A stretch of DNA of 41,582 bases from Candidatus Aminicenantes bacterium (GTDB taxonomy: Bacteria > Acidobacteriota > Aminicenantia > UBA2199). The DNA is taken from assembly GCA_016926835.1 (NCBI GenBank), contig JAFGNX010000008.1:1-41582 (forward strand), in the 5' to 3' direction. Below the pieces are notes generated by a model. That model had not been told where the DNA came from. It was given only the letters and a program-made list of their open reading frames with translations, and made no database searches. Each line of letters opens with the position of its first letter. Position 1 is the stretch's first letter. Below, in pieces: positions 9,211-20,781 of this stretch. Position numbers and translations under genes: made by a program.

Positions 9211-9763
9211 CTTCAGCAATCTCCCTGCGAATCAGTTCCTTGGCCTTGAATATCCTGTTTTTTACCGTACCCACCGGCAAATCGGTTACACCTGCGATTT
9301 CTTCGTATTTCAACCCCTGTTGATAACGCAGCAGGATCAGGTGGCGGTATTTTTCCGGTATCCGGTCCACGATTCCCCAGATGTAATCCCGCGTCTCTTC
9401 TTTTTCCAGATTGGAAAAGCCGTCTTCGCGAACCACCTGGTCCGTGCGCGCCAATTGTTTGCGCGACAGCGAATTCTGATCCAGAGAATCCACGTATACG
9501 GGATGTTTGCGCACATGATCAATGACCAGGTTGTAGCAGATCCGGTATGCCCAGGTGGAAAACTTGTATTGGAAATTGTATTTGTGAATAACGGAATAAA
9601 TTTTGATAAAAAAGTCCTGGGTCAACTCCACGGCGACTTCTTCGTCGCGCACCATGCGGTAGACAAAGTTGAACATGCGTTTGTTGTACTGTTGCATCAG
9701 TTGCTCAAAGGATGACCTGTCTCCTTTCAGGATCCGCCGAATCAACGTCTGATCATCATCCAT
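9191..9763 (-). CDS. ECF RNA polymerase sigma factor (SigW/RpoE-like)
   Basis: ELTQDFFIK, KFSTWAYRI, YEEIAGVTDLPVGTVKNRIFKAK; start 9763 or 9769. Confidence 0.95.
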   Translation of the reverse strand: MDDDQTLIRRILKGDRSSFEQLMQQYNKRMFNFVYRMVRDEEVAVELTQDFFIKIYSVIHKYNFQYKFSTWAYRICYNLVIDHVRKHPVYVDSLDQNSLSRKQLARTDQVVREDGFSNLEKEETRDYIWGIVDRIPEKYRHLILLRYQQGLKYEEIAGVTDLPVGTVKNRIFKAKELIRREIAEDGMPTQ

Positions 9764-9770
9764 TATCATT

Positions 9771-9796
9771 TACGGACAACCTGAAAAAAAGTTTCT
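9771..9796 (-). promoter_or_regulatory. SigW-type ECF promoter (autoregulatory)
   Basis: AGAAAC-16 bp-CGTA on minus strand, 7 nt upstream of ATG 9763. Confidence 0.75.
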
Positions 9797-9806
9797 GATC
9801 CATTGA

Positions 9807-10490
9807 TCAAGGTGATTCCGCATCCATGTTCACCACTTCCGTGTCTTTCGGGATTTCCAGTTGAAAGTCATTTTCCGTAACCGTAACCCGGGCCAGATAT
9901 TCGCGCAACATGTAAATGTGACGAGCCCCCCCGGAATCCGTGTGTTCAACCCGGACCACCCGGTGCTGACTATCCAGGCGAAGCCTGAAGCGTGTGCCGT
10001 GTTCAGGATCCCTGAGCACCAGTTCCTTTCCCGAAGGTGGACAGGATTCAACCACATCCGCATCGGTTGAAGCCAGAAGTCGCCAGATCCAGCCTCCTTG
10101 TCCGCCCGCCATGGTACCCAGGGTCAACTGGCCGGCCTCCGGTTCATAAAAACGATAACGGCCCGCCTCCAACAGAAAGATCTTCAGTTCAGGATCACGG
10201 TAGGTCCAGCGTATCCGGTTTGGATCGACAAACAACAGGTCGCCGCTCTCTTCAATCGCCAGTTCTTCATCATAGTATACCTGCTGCGTGAATGTGGCAC
10301 GGAAGGGTTTCATGGATTGCATGGCGGCGCGCGCGGCAGCCAGAGCGGGACACGGCAAGGGGGCATCCTGCGGCAACAGGGGACGAACAACCAGGAACAG
10401 AATTAAACCGGTCAGGATTGTGAGCGGAACGATTACGGCAAATCGCCTGAACAGCAAGGGATTACCCGCTTCAGGCTCTTCCAGAGCCAC
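9807..10490 (-). CDS. lolA: LolA-like outer-membrane lipoprotein carrier protein
   Basis: FRATFTQ, SGDL..P.RIRWTY..P, YEPEAGQ, F....P pattern; N-terminal hydrophobic segment; start uncertain. Confidence 0.7.
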   Translation of the reverse strand: MALEEPEAGNPLLFRRFAVIVPLTILTGLILFLVVRPLLPQDAPLPCPALAAARAAMQSMKPFRATFTQQVYYDEELAIEESGDLLFVDPNRIRWTYRDPELKIFLLEAGRYRFYEPEAGQLTLGTMAGGQGGWIWRLLASTDADVVESCPPSGKELVLRDPEHGTRFRLRLDSQHRVVRVEHTDSGGARHIYMLREYLARVTVTENDFQLEIPKDTEVVNMDAESP

Positions 10491-11388
10491 AGACTATACC
10501 CAGGGCCACGGAGTTGATCTTGTCGGTTTCGGTTTCATTGCGTGAAGGGATGAGAATGGGCAACCGCGCCCCCATGATCACGTGGGCGACCGGGATCTGC
10601 AGGTAATAGGTAAACGCTTTGCCCAACAGATTTCCGGCTTCCACGCTTGGGACCACCATGACGTCCACGTTGCCGGCAACGGGATCGGTAACTCCCTTGT
10701 GTTCAGCGGCTTCGCGGGAAACCGCTATATCAAGAGCCAGCGGGCCATACACTTTGCATCCCTTTATCTCCCCCCTGCGGTTCATTTCCGTCAGTTCCCG
10801 GGCATGCTGGGTGGCGGGCATGGCGTCTTTGACTTTCTCGGAAGCCGCCATGACGCCGATCCGGGGTTCTGTTACGCCCAGGCAATGAAAAACGGCCGCC
10901 GCGTTTTCCACGATCTGTTTTTTTTCTTCCAGTCCGGGCAGGATGTTCAACCCGCCGTCGGTCATGCCCAGCAAGCCGGGATTTTCCGGCGGCCTGGGAT
11001 TCTCAACCACCAGGATGTCGCTGAGCAAGCGCCCGGTGCGCAGCCCAGTCTCCCGGTGCAACACCGGCGCCATCAATTCGGCGGTGGACAGGAATCCCTT
11101 TAAAATCACATCGACTTTCCGCTCCCGGGCCAGAGCCACCACCGCGGCAGCGGCTTCCGTCGTTGAAGCCGCAGGAATAATGGAAAAATCTTCCGGGTTA
11201 CCGCCGTTTTGGTTAATGAGACTCACGATCACATCTTTTCGGCCGCTGAGAACGAATTTTCCAATGCCCTCCTGATGACACAAGAGAATTGTGCGAATGG
11301 AATTGTCGTCCTCCGGTGACGGTACACCCACCACCACCTCCGGCCGGGATGCCGCAGCTGCCCTCAAGTCACTGAAATTCCGTATCAT
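10471..11388 (-). CDS. ptb: Phosphate butyryltransferase / phosphate acyltransferase
   Basis: ILKG, TDGGLNI, GPLALDIAVS..AAEHKG, PSVEAGNLLGK, GARLPILIPSR motifs. Confidence 0.92.
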   Translation of the reverse strand: MIRNFSDLRAAAASRPEVVVGVPSPEDDNSIRTILLCHQEGIGKFVLSGRKDVIVSLINQNGGNPEDFSIIPAASTTEAAAAVVALARERKVDVILKGFLSTAELMAPVLHRETGLRTGRLLSDILVVENPRPPENPGLLGMTDGGLNILPGLEEKKQIVENAAAVFHCLGVTEPRIGVMAASEKVKDAMPATQHARELTEMNRRGEIKGCKVYGPLALDIAVSREAAEHKGVTDPVAGNVDVMVVPSVEAGNLLGKAFTYYLQIPVAHVIMGARLPILIPSRNETETDKINSVALGIVCGSGRA

Positions 11389-11428
11389 GCCTCGCTCCTG
11401 TTCCCGAAATTCCAGGGGGTGCGATGGA

Positions 11429-12694
11429 TCACATGCCCTGGGACATCATTTTTATGAAATCCTGATTGGTTTTGGTTTTGGACAGTTTCTCAATCAAAAG
11501 CTCCATGGCTTCGACTTCAGACATCTGGGAAAGCACTTTGCGCAACACCCAGATCTTGTTGAGGTCGGAAGGATCGATGAGCAATTCTTCTTTGCGGGTC
11601 CCCGACCTGAAAATGTCGATGGCCGGGAAAATCCGCTTTTCAACCAGGCGGCGGTCCAGGTTGATTTCCATGTTGCCGGTACCTTTGAATTCCTCAAAAA
11701 TCACATCGTCCATGCGACTGCCCGTTTCAACTAGGGCCGTGGCCAGGATGGTCAGGCTGCCGCCTTCTTCGATATTGCGGGCCGCACCGAAGAACTTTTT
11801 GGGTTTGTTCAATGCATTGGCATCAATGCCACCGGAAAGAACTTTCCCGGATGACGGCGTAATGGCATTATGGGCCCGCGCCAGACGCGTAATGGAATCC
11901 AGCAGAATAACCACATCTTTGCCCATCTCAACCAGGCGTTTGGCTTTCTCCAGCACGATATCCGCCACCTTGGTATGGCGCATGGGAATCTCGTCAAACG
12001 TGGAGGAAATGACTTCCCCGTTCACGTTGCGTGCCATATCGGTGACTTCTTCGGGGCGCTCATCGATCAGCAGCACAATCAAGACCACTTCCGGATGGTT
12101 GACTTCAATGGATTTGGCGATGCTTTGCAGGATCATGGTTTTGCCTGTGCGCGGGGCGGCCACGATCAGTCCGCGCTGACCCTTGCCGATCGGGGTGAGC
12201 AAATCCATGACACGGCCGGTGATCAGATGGGGTTCCGTCTCCTGCAGAATGCGTTCATCCGGATACAATGGGGTCAGTTTTTCGAAGCGCTTGTGGCGGC
12301 GCATCTTGAGCACGTATTCAGGTTCTTCCGAATTAATGGCTTCAACGGTCAGAAGCGCGAAGTACTTTTCTCCGCCCTTCGGGGGGCGAACCGAACCCGA
12401 AACCGTATCCCCGGTGCGCAAATCAAACTTGTTGACCTGGGAAGGAGAAACGTAGATATCTTCGGGACTGGACAGATAAGCGGCATCCTGAAAGCGCAGG
12501 AATCCATAGCCTTCATTGTGAATTTCAATAACCCCCTCCGCAAACAATTTGCCGGTTGCGTTGGCCTGGGCATTGAGAATATTGAAATAGAGCGCGTTGC
12601 GATCCTTGCTATCCGCTTCATTGAGTTTGTATTGCAGTGCAATATCCTTTAATTGCTGCACAGACATGTTTTTCAGCTCTTTTAAAGAGTTCAT
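11429..12694 (-). CDS. rho: Transcription termination factor Rho
   Basis: [49 protein letters not shown]; ATGA overlap with engB. Confidence 0.99.
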   Translation of the reverse strand: MNSLKELKNMSVQQLKDIALQYKLNEADSKDRNALYFNILNAQANATGKLFAEGVIEIHNEGYGFLRFQDAAYLSSPEDIYVSPSQVNKFDLRTGDTVSGSVRPPKGGEKYFALLTVEAINSEEPEYVLKMRRHKRFEKLTPLYPDERILQETEPHLITGRVMDLLTPIGKGQRGLIVAAPRTGKTMILQSIAKSIEVNHPEVVLIVLLIDERPEEVTDMARNVNGEVISSTFDEIPMRHTKVADIVLEKAKRLVEMGKDVVILLDSITRLARAHNAITPSSGKVLSGGIDANALNKPKKFFGAARNIEEGGSLTILATALVETGSRMDDVIFEEFKGTGNMEINLDRRLVEKRIFPAIDIFRSGTRKEELLIDPSDLNKIWVLRKVLSQMSEVEAMELLIEKLSKTKTNQDFIKMMSQGM

Positions 12695-13272
12695 TCTCTC
12701 TCCTTTAACGATTCGTCTATGATGGTTTCGAGTTGCATTCGGCATGCATCGGATTTTACGGAAAATGGAATCGATCTCACTCCAAAACGATCATTCAGTG
12801 TTTGGATCTGGCGTTTGAGGACGGAAGAATTTACTTTATCACTTTTGGTCATGACTGTCAATATGGGAAAATCGAGGTGAACGATTTTTTGCATGAATTC
12901 CAGGTCGCTCTGCATGAATCCCCGGCGGGAATCAATCAAATGGATTAGGAGTTTCAATCTCGGTCCATGAGAAAAGAAAGCATCCATCAGTTTATGAACG
13001 CGCCGGATTTCTGTTTTGGGTGCGCGCGCATAGCCATAGCCGGGTAGATCGATGAGAAAGAACTCTTTGTTGACCAGATAATAGTTGATGCTGAGGGTTT
13101 TTCCCGGAGTCGAACTGGTGCGAGCCAGATTGCGTCGATTCAACAGGCGGTTGATCAGCGAAGATTTGCCCACGTTGGAACGCCCGATAAATGCAATGGC
13201 GGATAACTCCTCTTCAGGGATTTCCCGTGGAACAAAGGCTGTACGAAAGAGTTCAACATGACGAATTTTCAT
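12691..13272 (-). CDS. engB: Ribosome biogenesis GTPase YihA/YsxC (EngB)
   Basis: [25 protein letters not shown]; typical position after lon. Confidence 0.96.
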   Translation of the reverse strand: MKIRHVELFRTAFVPREIPEEELSAIAFIGRSNVGKSSLINRLLNRRNLARTSSTPGKTLSINYYLVNKEFFLIDLPGYGYARAPKTEIRRVHKLMDAFFSHGPRLKLLIHLIDSRRGFMQSDLEFMQKIVHLDFPILTVMTKSDKVNSSVLKRQIQTLNDRFGVRSIPFSVKSDACRMQLETIIDESLKERE

Positions 13273-13300
13273 GCCGGCGGTAATCTCAGCAGATGATCCG

Positions 13301-15617
<2,317 letters not shown>

Positions 15618-15628
<11 letters not shown>

Positions 15629-16838
15629 CTCGGGTCAACCCCTGCATATGCTTTTCATCCATGATGATCTTGCGGCGGCCCCGTTTGCGGGAAGGCAAAT
15701 CAAACATCAGGTCGAGCATGACTTCTTCAAAAATTGCGCGCAGCCCACGGGCGCCGACCTCCCGGGAAACGGCCTCCCGGGTGATTTCTTCTAAAAAGCC
15801 CTGGGTGAATTCGAGTTCCACCCCGTCCAATTCGAACAAGACCTGAAACTGCCTGGTGATGGCATCTTTGGGTTGGGTCAATATGGCCATCAAATGTTCT
15901 TCCGTCAAGTCTTCCAGCACGGCGGTAATGGGGAAGCGACCGACCAGCTCGGGAATCAATCCGAACTTGATCAGATCTTCCGGCTGGACGTGTTTGATCA
16001 CATTCGCACGATTCGTAGTACTGCGGACTTCCGCCTCGTTAAATCCGATCACGTTATGTTTTAATCGCCTCTGGATCAGTTTTTCCATGCCCACAAAGGC
16101 CCCGCCGGCGATAAACAGGATATTGCGGGTGTCTATACGGATGAACTCCTGATGGGGATGTTTGCGCCCACCGGTTGGTGGTACGTTTGCAACCGTACCT
16201 TCAATGATTTTCAGCAAAGCCTGCTGCACACCTTCTCCCGAAACATCCCGGGTAATGGATGGGTTCTCGCTTTTTCTGGATATTTTGTCGATCTCGTCGA
16301 TGTAGATAATGCCGTGTTCCGTACGCTGACGGTCTTCTCCCGCCGCCTGGTACAACTTGAGCAGAATGTTTTCCACATCTTCCCCGACATACCCGGCTTC
16401 CGTGAGCGTGGTTGCATCGGCGATGGCAAAAGGCACATCCAGAATCCGCGCCAGGGTTTCCGCCAGCAGGGTTTTTCCCGTACCCGTCGGTCCCAGCAGC
16501 ATTACATTGCTCTTCTTGATCTCGACGGATCCGAGTTCCGCCTGATGACGAATGCGTTTGTAATGATTGTACACCGCCACCGCCAGTTTGCGCTTGGCGA
16601 TTTCCTGGGCGATCACGTACTGATCCAGCTTCTCCTTGATCTCTTTGGGGGTGGGAATGGGGGTTTTGTCATGCGCCTGGGTAGTTTCCGCTTCACTTGA
16701 ATTGAAAATCAGGTTATACGCGGTCTTTGTGCAACGGTCACAGATAAACACATCCGGGCCCGCGATGAGCTTGCCCACGCGTGACTGCGAAACTCCGCAG
16801 AAACTGCAACGTGCATCACGAGTTTTTTTCTCGGTCAT
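15618..16838 (-). CDS. clpX: ClpX ATPase subunit
   Basis: CSFC..CDRC zinc finger, [22 protein letters not shown] loop. Confidence 0.99.
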
Positions 16839-17440
16839 GACGCATCCGTTTTCATTTTCTGGCTTTCCGTAATCACATTGTCCACAAGTCCGTAATCCAG
16901 GGCCTCTTTTGCACCCAGGATGAAGTCCCGTTCGATATCCGTGGCCACGCGACGTTTGGGTTTGCCGGTATGTTCAACCAGGATCTCTATGGTTCGCTCC
17001 TTGATGCGCCTGATTTCATCCGCATGGATCAGGATATCCGTGGCCTGCCCCTGGTAACCGCCAAGCGGTTGATGCAGGAGGATCCGGGAATTGGGCAAAG
17101 CAAAACGCTTGCCCGGTGTTCCCGCCGCCAGTAGAATGGCGGCCATGGAAGCGGCTTGTCCGATGCATATGGTTACGATGTCGTTCTTGACGAAACGCAT
17201 GGTATCGTAAACCGCCATTCCGGCGGTGATCACACCGCCCGGGGAATTGATGTACAGTGAAATGTCTTTTTCCGGGTCCTCGGCTGCCAGAAAAAGCATC
17301 TGGGCGATCACCACGTTGGCTACATTGTCATCTATGGCAGAACCAAGAAAGATAATTCCGTCTTTCAACAGCCGCGAGTAAATATCATAGGCCCGCTCCA
17401 CATTGCCGCTCTGTTCCACAACGATCGGGATTAACGCCAT
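16835..17440 (-). CDS. clpP: ClpP proteolytic subunit
   Basis: [27 protein letters not shown] motifs. Confidence 0.99.
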   Translation of the reverse strand: MALIPIVVEQSGNVERAYDIYSRLLKDGIIFLGSAIDDNVANVVIAQMLFLAAEDPEKDISLYINSPGGVITAGMAVYDTMRFVKNDIVTICIGQAASMAAILLAAGTPGKRFALPNSRILLHQPLGGYQGQATDILIHADEIRRIKERTIEILVEHTGKPKRRVATDIERDFILGAKEALDYGLVDNVITESQKMKTDAS

Positions 17441-17451
17441 CTTCTACCTCT

Positions 17452-18828
17452 CTAAACCTCTTTGATTGTAACTTTTTCCCTCAGGATTTCCAATGCCTTG
17501 TCTCTTTGGAGTGAATCCACCAGTTGTTGGCGACGCTCAGCAGGGGCATAATACTTGCGCACCTCTTTCAGCGGAACACCGGATGATTCCGACATCTCCC
17601 GCATGCGTTTCTCCAGTTCCTCCGCATCCGCTTTCACACCGAAGTCCTGTTTGACGGCTTCAATCAGCAAGGAAAAGCGGATGTTGCGCGCGGCCAGGGT
17701 TTTCAATTCGTGAATTCGCGCGTCCTGCTCTTTTTCGTCGCTCACTTGCAACAAGCCGGGATTCTGGCGGATTGCCTGCATCATCTCCTGCTGCAGCAGG
17801 GTTTCGGGAACCGGAAATGCGTTCGCGTCCGCCAACTGTTCAGCGATCGCGGCCATGATCCGTTCATCTCTGGCCTGGCGCGACTGCTTCTCGTATTCCT
17901 GTTTCAACCTCTCCAGAAAGGCTGCGCTTGATTCAAAACCAATGGATTTCAGGAATTCATCATCCAGCTCGGGTTTCACCATGGAGTAAATCGCTTCAAC
18001 GGTAACATGGTGTTCCATTTCCTTGCCCGCCCAGGCTTTGCGTGCAAAATCTTCAGGGTAGCGGCGGCGAAAAACGACTGTTTCCCCGATCGAGCGCCCG
18101 GTCAACTCTTTATCCATTTCGGGAATTTCGTTGTCCGCTTCGGCCTCGATCTGCACTTGCAGGGGTTTGCGGGGAGACATGCGCCGATCATCCAGGTTCA
18201 TGGCCTGATGCTTCAGAACGACCAGGTCTCCGGAAGCAACCGGACGATCTGTAACCGCCTCGCGTTTGCGGTTGTGTTCCAGGAAATGTGCCACTTGCTC
18301 AGCTTCGTTGAACTCCTTGACAGCCAGTTGGTCAGCGGGAATGGAAACAGTAAATGTCTCCAGCTCGGGGAGCTTGACCTCGGGTAAAACCTCTACCCGT
18401 ACCAGGGCATGCAAATCCCCTCCTTCCTCGTATTTCACATCCTTTACTTCCGGGCGCGACACCACCTGGAGGTTGTCATTGCGGATTCTTTCTGACACAA
18501 AGGATTCAATCACATCGTTCAGGGCCTCGTCAATCAGGAGTTGGCGATAACGCCTGCGGATCACTTCAGCCGGCACCTTGCCCTTACGGAATCCAGGAAT
18601 GGCGGCCTTGGCCGCATATCGTTCCGCGTGCGCGTCTATGCGCCTGGTCACTTCATCACTGGGTGCGTGAATATCCAACTCAACCCAGAGGTCGGGGGTT
18701 TGCTCTTTCCGGGCTTCACTATCGGCCTGAACCGGATTCGAGGCTCCGGTTATCGTGTTTTGATCTCCGGCGGAATCCTCTGTTTGCGATTGCGGGAGTT
18801 CATTGCCGGTTTGGGGTTTTTCTTTCAT
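17452..18828 (-). CDS. tig: Trigger factor
   Basis: IPGFRKGKVP ribosome-binding signature, PELDDEF; tig-clpP-clpX-lon synteny. Confidence 0.95.
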   Translation of the reverse strand: MKEKPQTGNELPQSQTEDSAGDQNTITGASNPVQADSEARKEQTPDLWVELDIHAPSDEVTRRIDAHAERYAAKAAIPGFRKGKVPAEVIRRRYRQLLIDEALNDVIESFVSERIRNDNLQVVSRPEVKDVKYEEGGDLHALVRVEVLPEVKLPELETFTVSIPADQLAVKEFNEAEQVAHFLEHNRKREAVTDRPVASGDLVVLKHQAMNLDDRRMSPRKPLQVQIEAEADNEIPEMDKELTGRSIGETVVFRRRYPEDFARKAWAGKEMEHHVTVEAIYSMVKPELDDEFLKSIGFESSAAFLERLKQEYEKQSRQARDERIMAAIAEQLADANAFPVPETLLQQEMMQAIRQNPGLLQVSDEKEQDARIHELKTLAARNIRFSLLIEAVKQDFGVKADAEELEKRMREMSESSGVPLKEVRKYYAPAERRQQLVDSLQRDKALEILREKVTIKEV

Positions 18829-18906
18829 CGGTTATCTCCTGGGCAAATAGGCCGGATAGGAACCATCGACCTGGGCGATTGAAAACACAACGCTTTTGGC
18901 AGGGAA

Positions 18907-18935
18907 AATATAGCAGAATATTCAGTTTTTGTCAA
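18907..18935 (-). promoter_or_regulatory. Sigma70-type promoter of tig-clpP-clpX-lon
   Basis: TTGACA-17 bp-TATATT with TG extension on minus strand, overlapping ribF 3' end. Confidence 0.65.
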
Positions 18936-19800
18936 CGAATGCTTTGCGCACATCGTGGCGGATCTGCGCGACCAGTTCAGCGGCAGTGTCGAAACGGAAT
19001 TCGTTGCGAAGCTTGTAGAGGAAATGCAGCCGCACCTGGTTCTGATAGATCTGCTGGTCAAAATCGATAATATGGGTTTCCACTTTGCGTACACTGCGGG
19101 AAAAAGTCGGTGACGAACCGATATTGGTGACTGCGGGAAATAACTTGTTTTTCCATTCCACTCGAGTGGCGAAAACCCCGTTGGGCAGTACCTGGTTTTC
19201 GGTGCGCAGGTTGATGGTGGGGAATCCGAGTTTTCTCCCCCTTCCTTCACCGCTGACCACGACTCCATCGATAAAGTAATGCCGTCCCAGCAAATGAGCC
19301 GCTTCCTCCACGTCGCCTCGCAACAACAATTCACGAATGCGCGAAGAAGAAACCCTGCCGTTGTTGCAGGTGAGAGATGGCACCACTTCCAGGTGGAAAC
19401 CTTCACTGAAAGCCATGTCTTTGAGAAAATCAGTATCGCCGGTGCGGCCGGCTCCAAAACGAAAATTTTCTCCCACCACCAGGGCGCGCATGCCCAACCT
19501 TGAAATCAGAAAGCGGCATACGAACTCTTTCGCGCTCAGGTGGGCTATGCGGCCGAAGGGCTGAAAAATCACCTCGTCCACTTTCTGGCTCCTCAGGATG
19601 CGGGCTTTTTGCTGATCCGTAAAAATCAGGGGAATGGATCGGCCGAAATAGACTTTCGGATTGGGGCGGAACGTCAGCACCCGGGCCGACAGTTCCATGT
19701 TTTCAGCCAGGGCGCGTAACCTCTTGATGAGTTGCTGGTGACCCAGGTGGTAGCCATCGAAGTTGCCGACCGCCACTGCACTGGGTAAGGGTTCAATCAT
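18922..19800 (-). CDS. ribF: Bifunctional riboflavin kinase / FAD synthetase
   Basis: GNFDGYHLGH, VGENFRFG, VSSSRIR, GRKLGFPTINL, ETHIIDF motifs. Confidence 0.97.
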   Translation of the reverse strand: MIEPLPSAVAVGNFDGYHLGHQQLIKRLRALAENMELSARVLTFRPNPKVYFGRSIPLIFTDQQKARILRSQKVDEVIFQPFGRIAHLSAKEFVCRFLISRLGMRALVVGENFRFGAGRTGDTDFLKDMAFSEGFHLEVVPSLTCNNGRVSSSRIRELLLRGDVEEAAHLLGRHYFIDGVVVSGEGRGRKLGFPTINLRTENQVLPNGVFATRVEWKNKLFPAVTNIGSSPTFSRSVRKVETHIIDFDQQIYQNQVRLHFLYKLRNEFRFDTAAELVAQIRHDVRKAFVDKN

Positions 19801-19809
19801 GGGCGGCGC

Positions 19810-20781
19810 TTATGGGACTTGAGAAAGCAGTTGGTGCTGAACAGTCGGATCAGGTTCCAGCAGTGAACCGTTTGATCGGAAAGGAGTCCACAGGCCGGTG
19901 ATAAAACAGGTGATCACGATAAATGCCAGTGCGCCGAGGATGACGTGCATTATCCGCCGCGTTTGAATGCGCCGCTCTTCCAGCAGGCTTTCGTCGATTT
20001 CGTCGGGCTCGACCGGCAACTCGCGATGGCGGATAATCGACTTTTTTATCAGCCGGTAGACACTCTTGTACACCTTGTATTCGGTGAATCCTCCCAGGTC
20101 CACCAGATCCTGAACCGTGTTGCGGCCGTTGATGTACTTGAGCAGGTTGGCCTCGGTGTCACTCAGGAAAATCTTGTCACCCTCGGGAGGTTCATCTTCA
20201 TTCTCTTTGACAATCATGATCTCATGATGTTGCATGTCCAGGGGTGCGGGCTCAAAAACCATGCGGTTGTTGGGAATTTCTTTGCGGATCAGGGGCCATT
20301 CATCCATCATCTGCACCCCTTCCATAATCAAGCCGTCCGTGGGCATGGGATTGATGCTGTAAAGGCTGGGATCCAGATTTTCCATCACCTTGAAATTGTA
20401 TTCCCCTTTTTTCCACTTAAACAACGACAAAACAATCTGTTCGGCCTGGTTTCGCAGCGCTTCGCGAATCTGAGAATCGCCGATCAACCCCATTCCCGAA
20501 AGGATCTCACCGATACGCTGGTTGGTTCTCTTCTGAATAGACAAGGCCCGCTGCAGCATCTCTTCGCTGATCAGGTCCTGTTTCACCAACACATTTCCCA
20601 CGCGCATACTCAGTTTTTTTGGAAATGCGTCCACGCCCACGATCATGCCGGCTTCCAGAATCAGGGTAATGAATCCATCCGCACTGGTAAACGTCAATAT
20701 CCCGGTTTTTTTCTGCAGGGAAAACATCTGCAGGATATCGGGAACGTTGAATTCCTTGAGCGTACCCTTAAAGGCCATCAT
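19810..20781 (-). CDS. DUF4388 domain protein with MshEN-like motif pair and C-terminal TM helix
   Basis: FKGTLKEFNVPDILQ..KKTGIL, W..GEYNF, EG..MMDEW pattern; tandem R(V/I)G..L motifs at aa 60-112. Confidence 0.85.
   Translation of the reverse strand: MMAFKGTLKEFNVPDILQMFSLQKKTGILTFTSADGFITLILEAGMIVGVDAFPKKLSMRVGNVLVKQDLISEEMLQRALSIQKRTNQRIGEILSGMGLIGDSQIREALRNQAEQIVLSLFKWKKGEYNFKVMENLDPSLYSINPMPTDGLIMEGVQMMDEWPLIRKEIPNNRMVFEPAPLDMQHHEIMIVKENEDEPPEGDKIFLSDTEANLLKYINGRNTVQDLVDLGGFTEYKVYKSVYRLIKKSIIRHRELPVEPDEIDESLLEERRIQTRRIMHVILGALAFIVITCFITGLWTPFRSNGSLLEPDPTVQHQLLSQVP

Noticed and set aside
11466-12652. Long + strand ORFs opposite rho (similar ones lie opposite groEL, hppA, clpX and DUF4388)
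   Set aside because: Antisense shadow ORFs of conserved genes, arising from codon bias
18825-19457. 210-aa minus ORF bridging ribF and tig
   Set aside because: Alternative frame within ribF with no motifs; ribF is complete in its own frame, so no frameshift is needed
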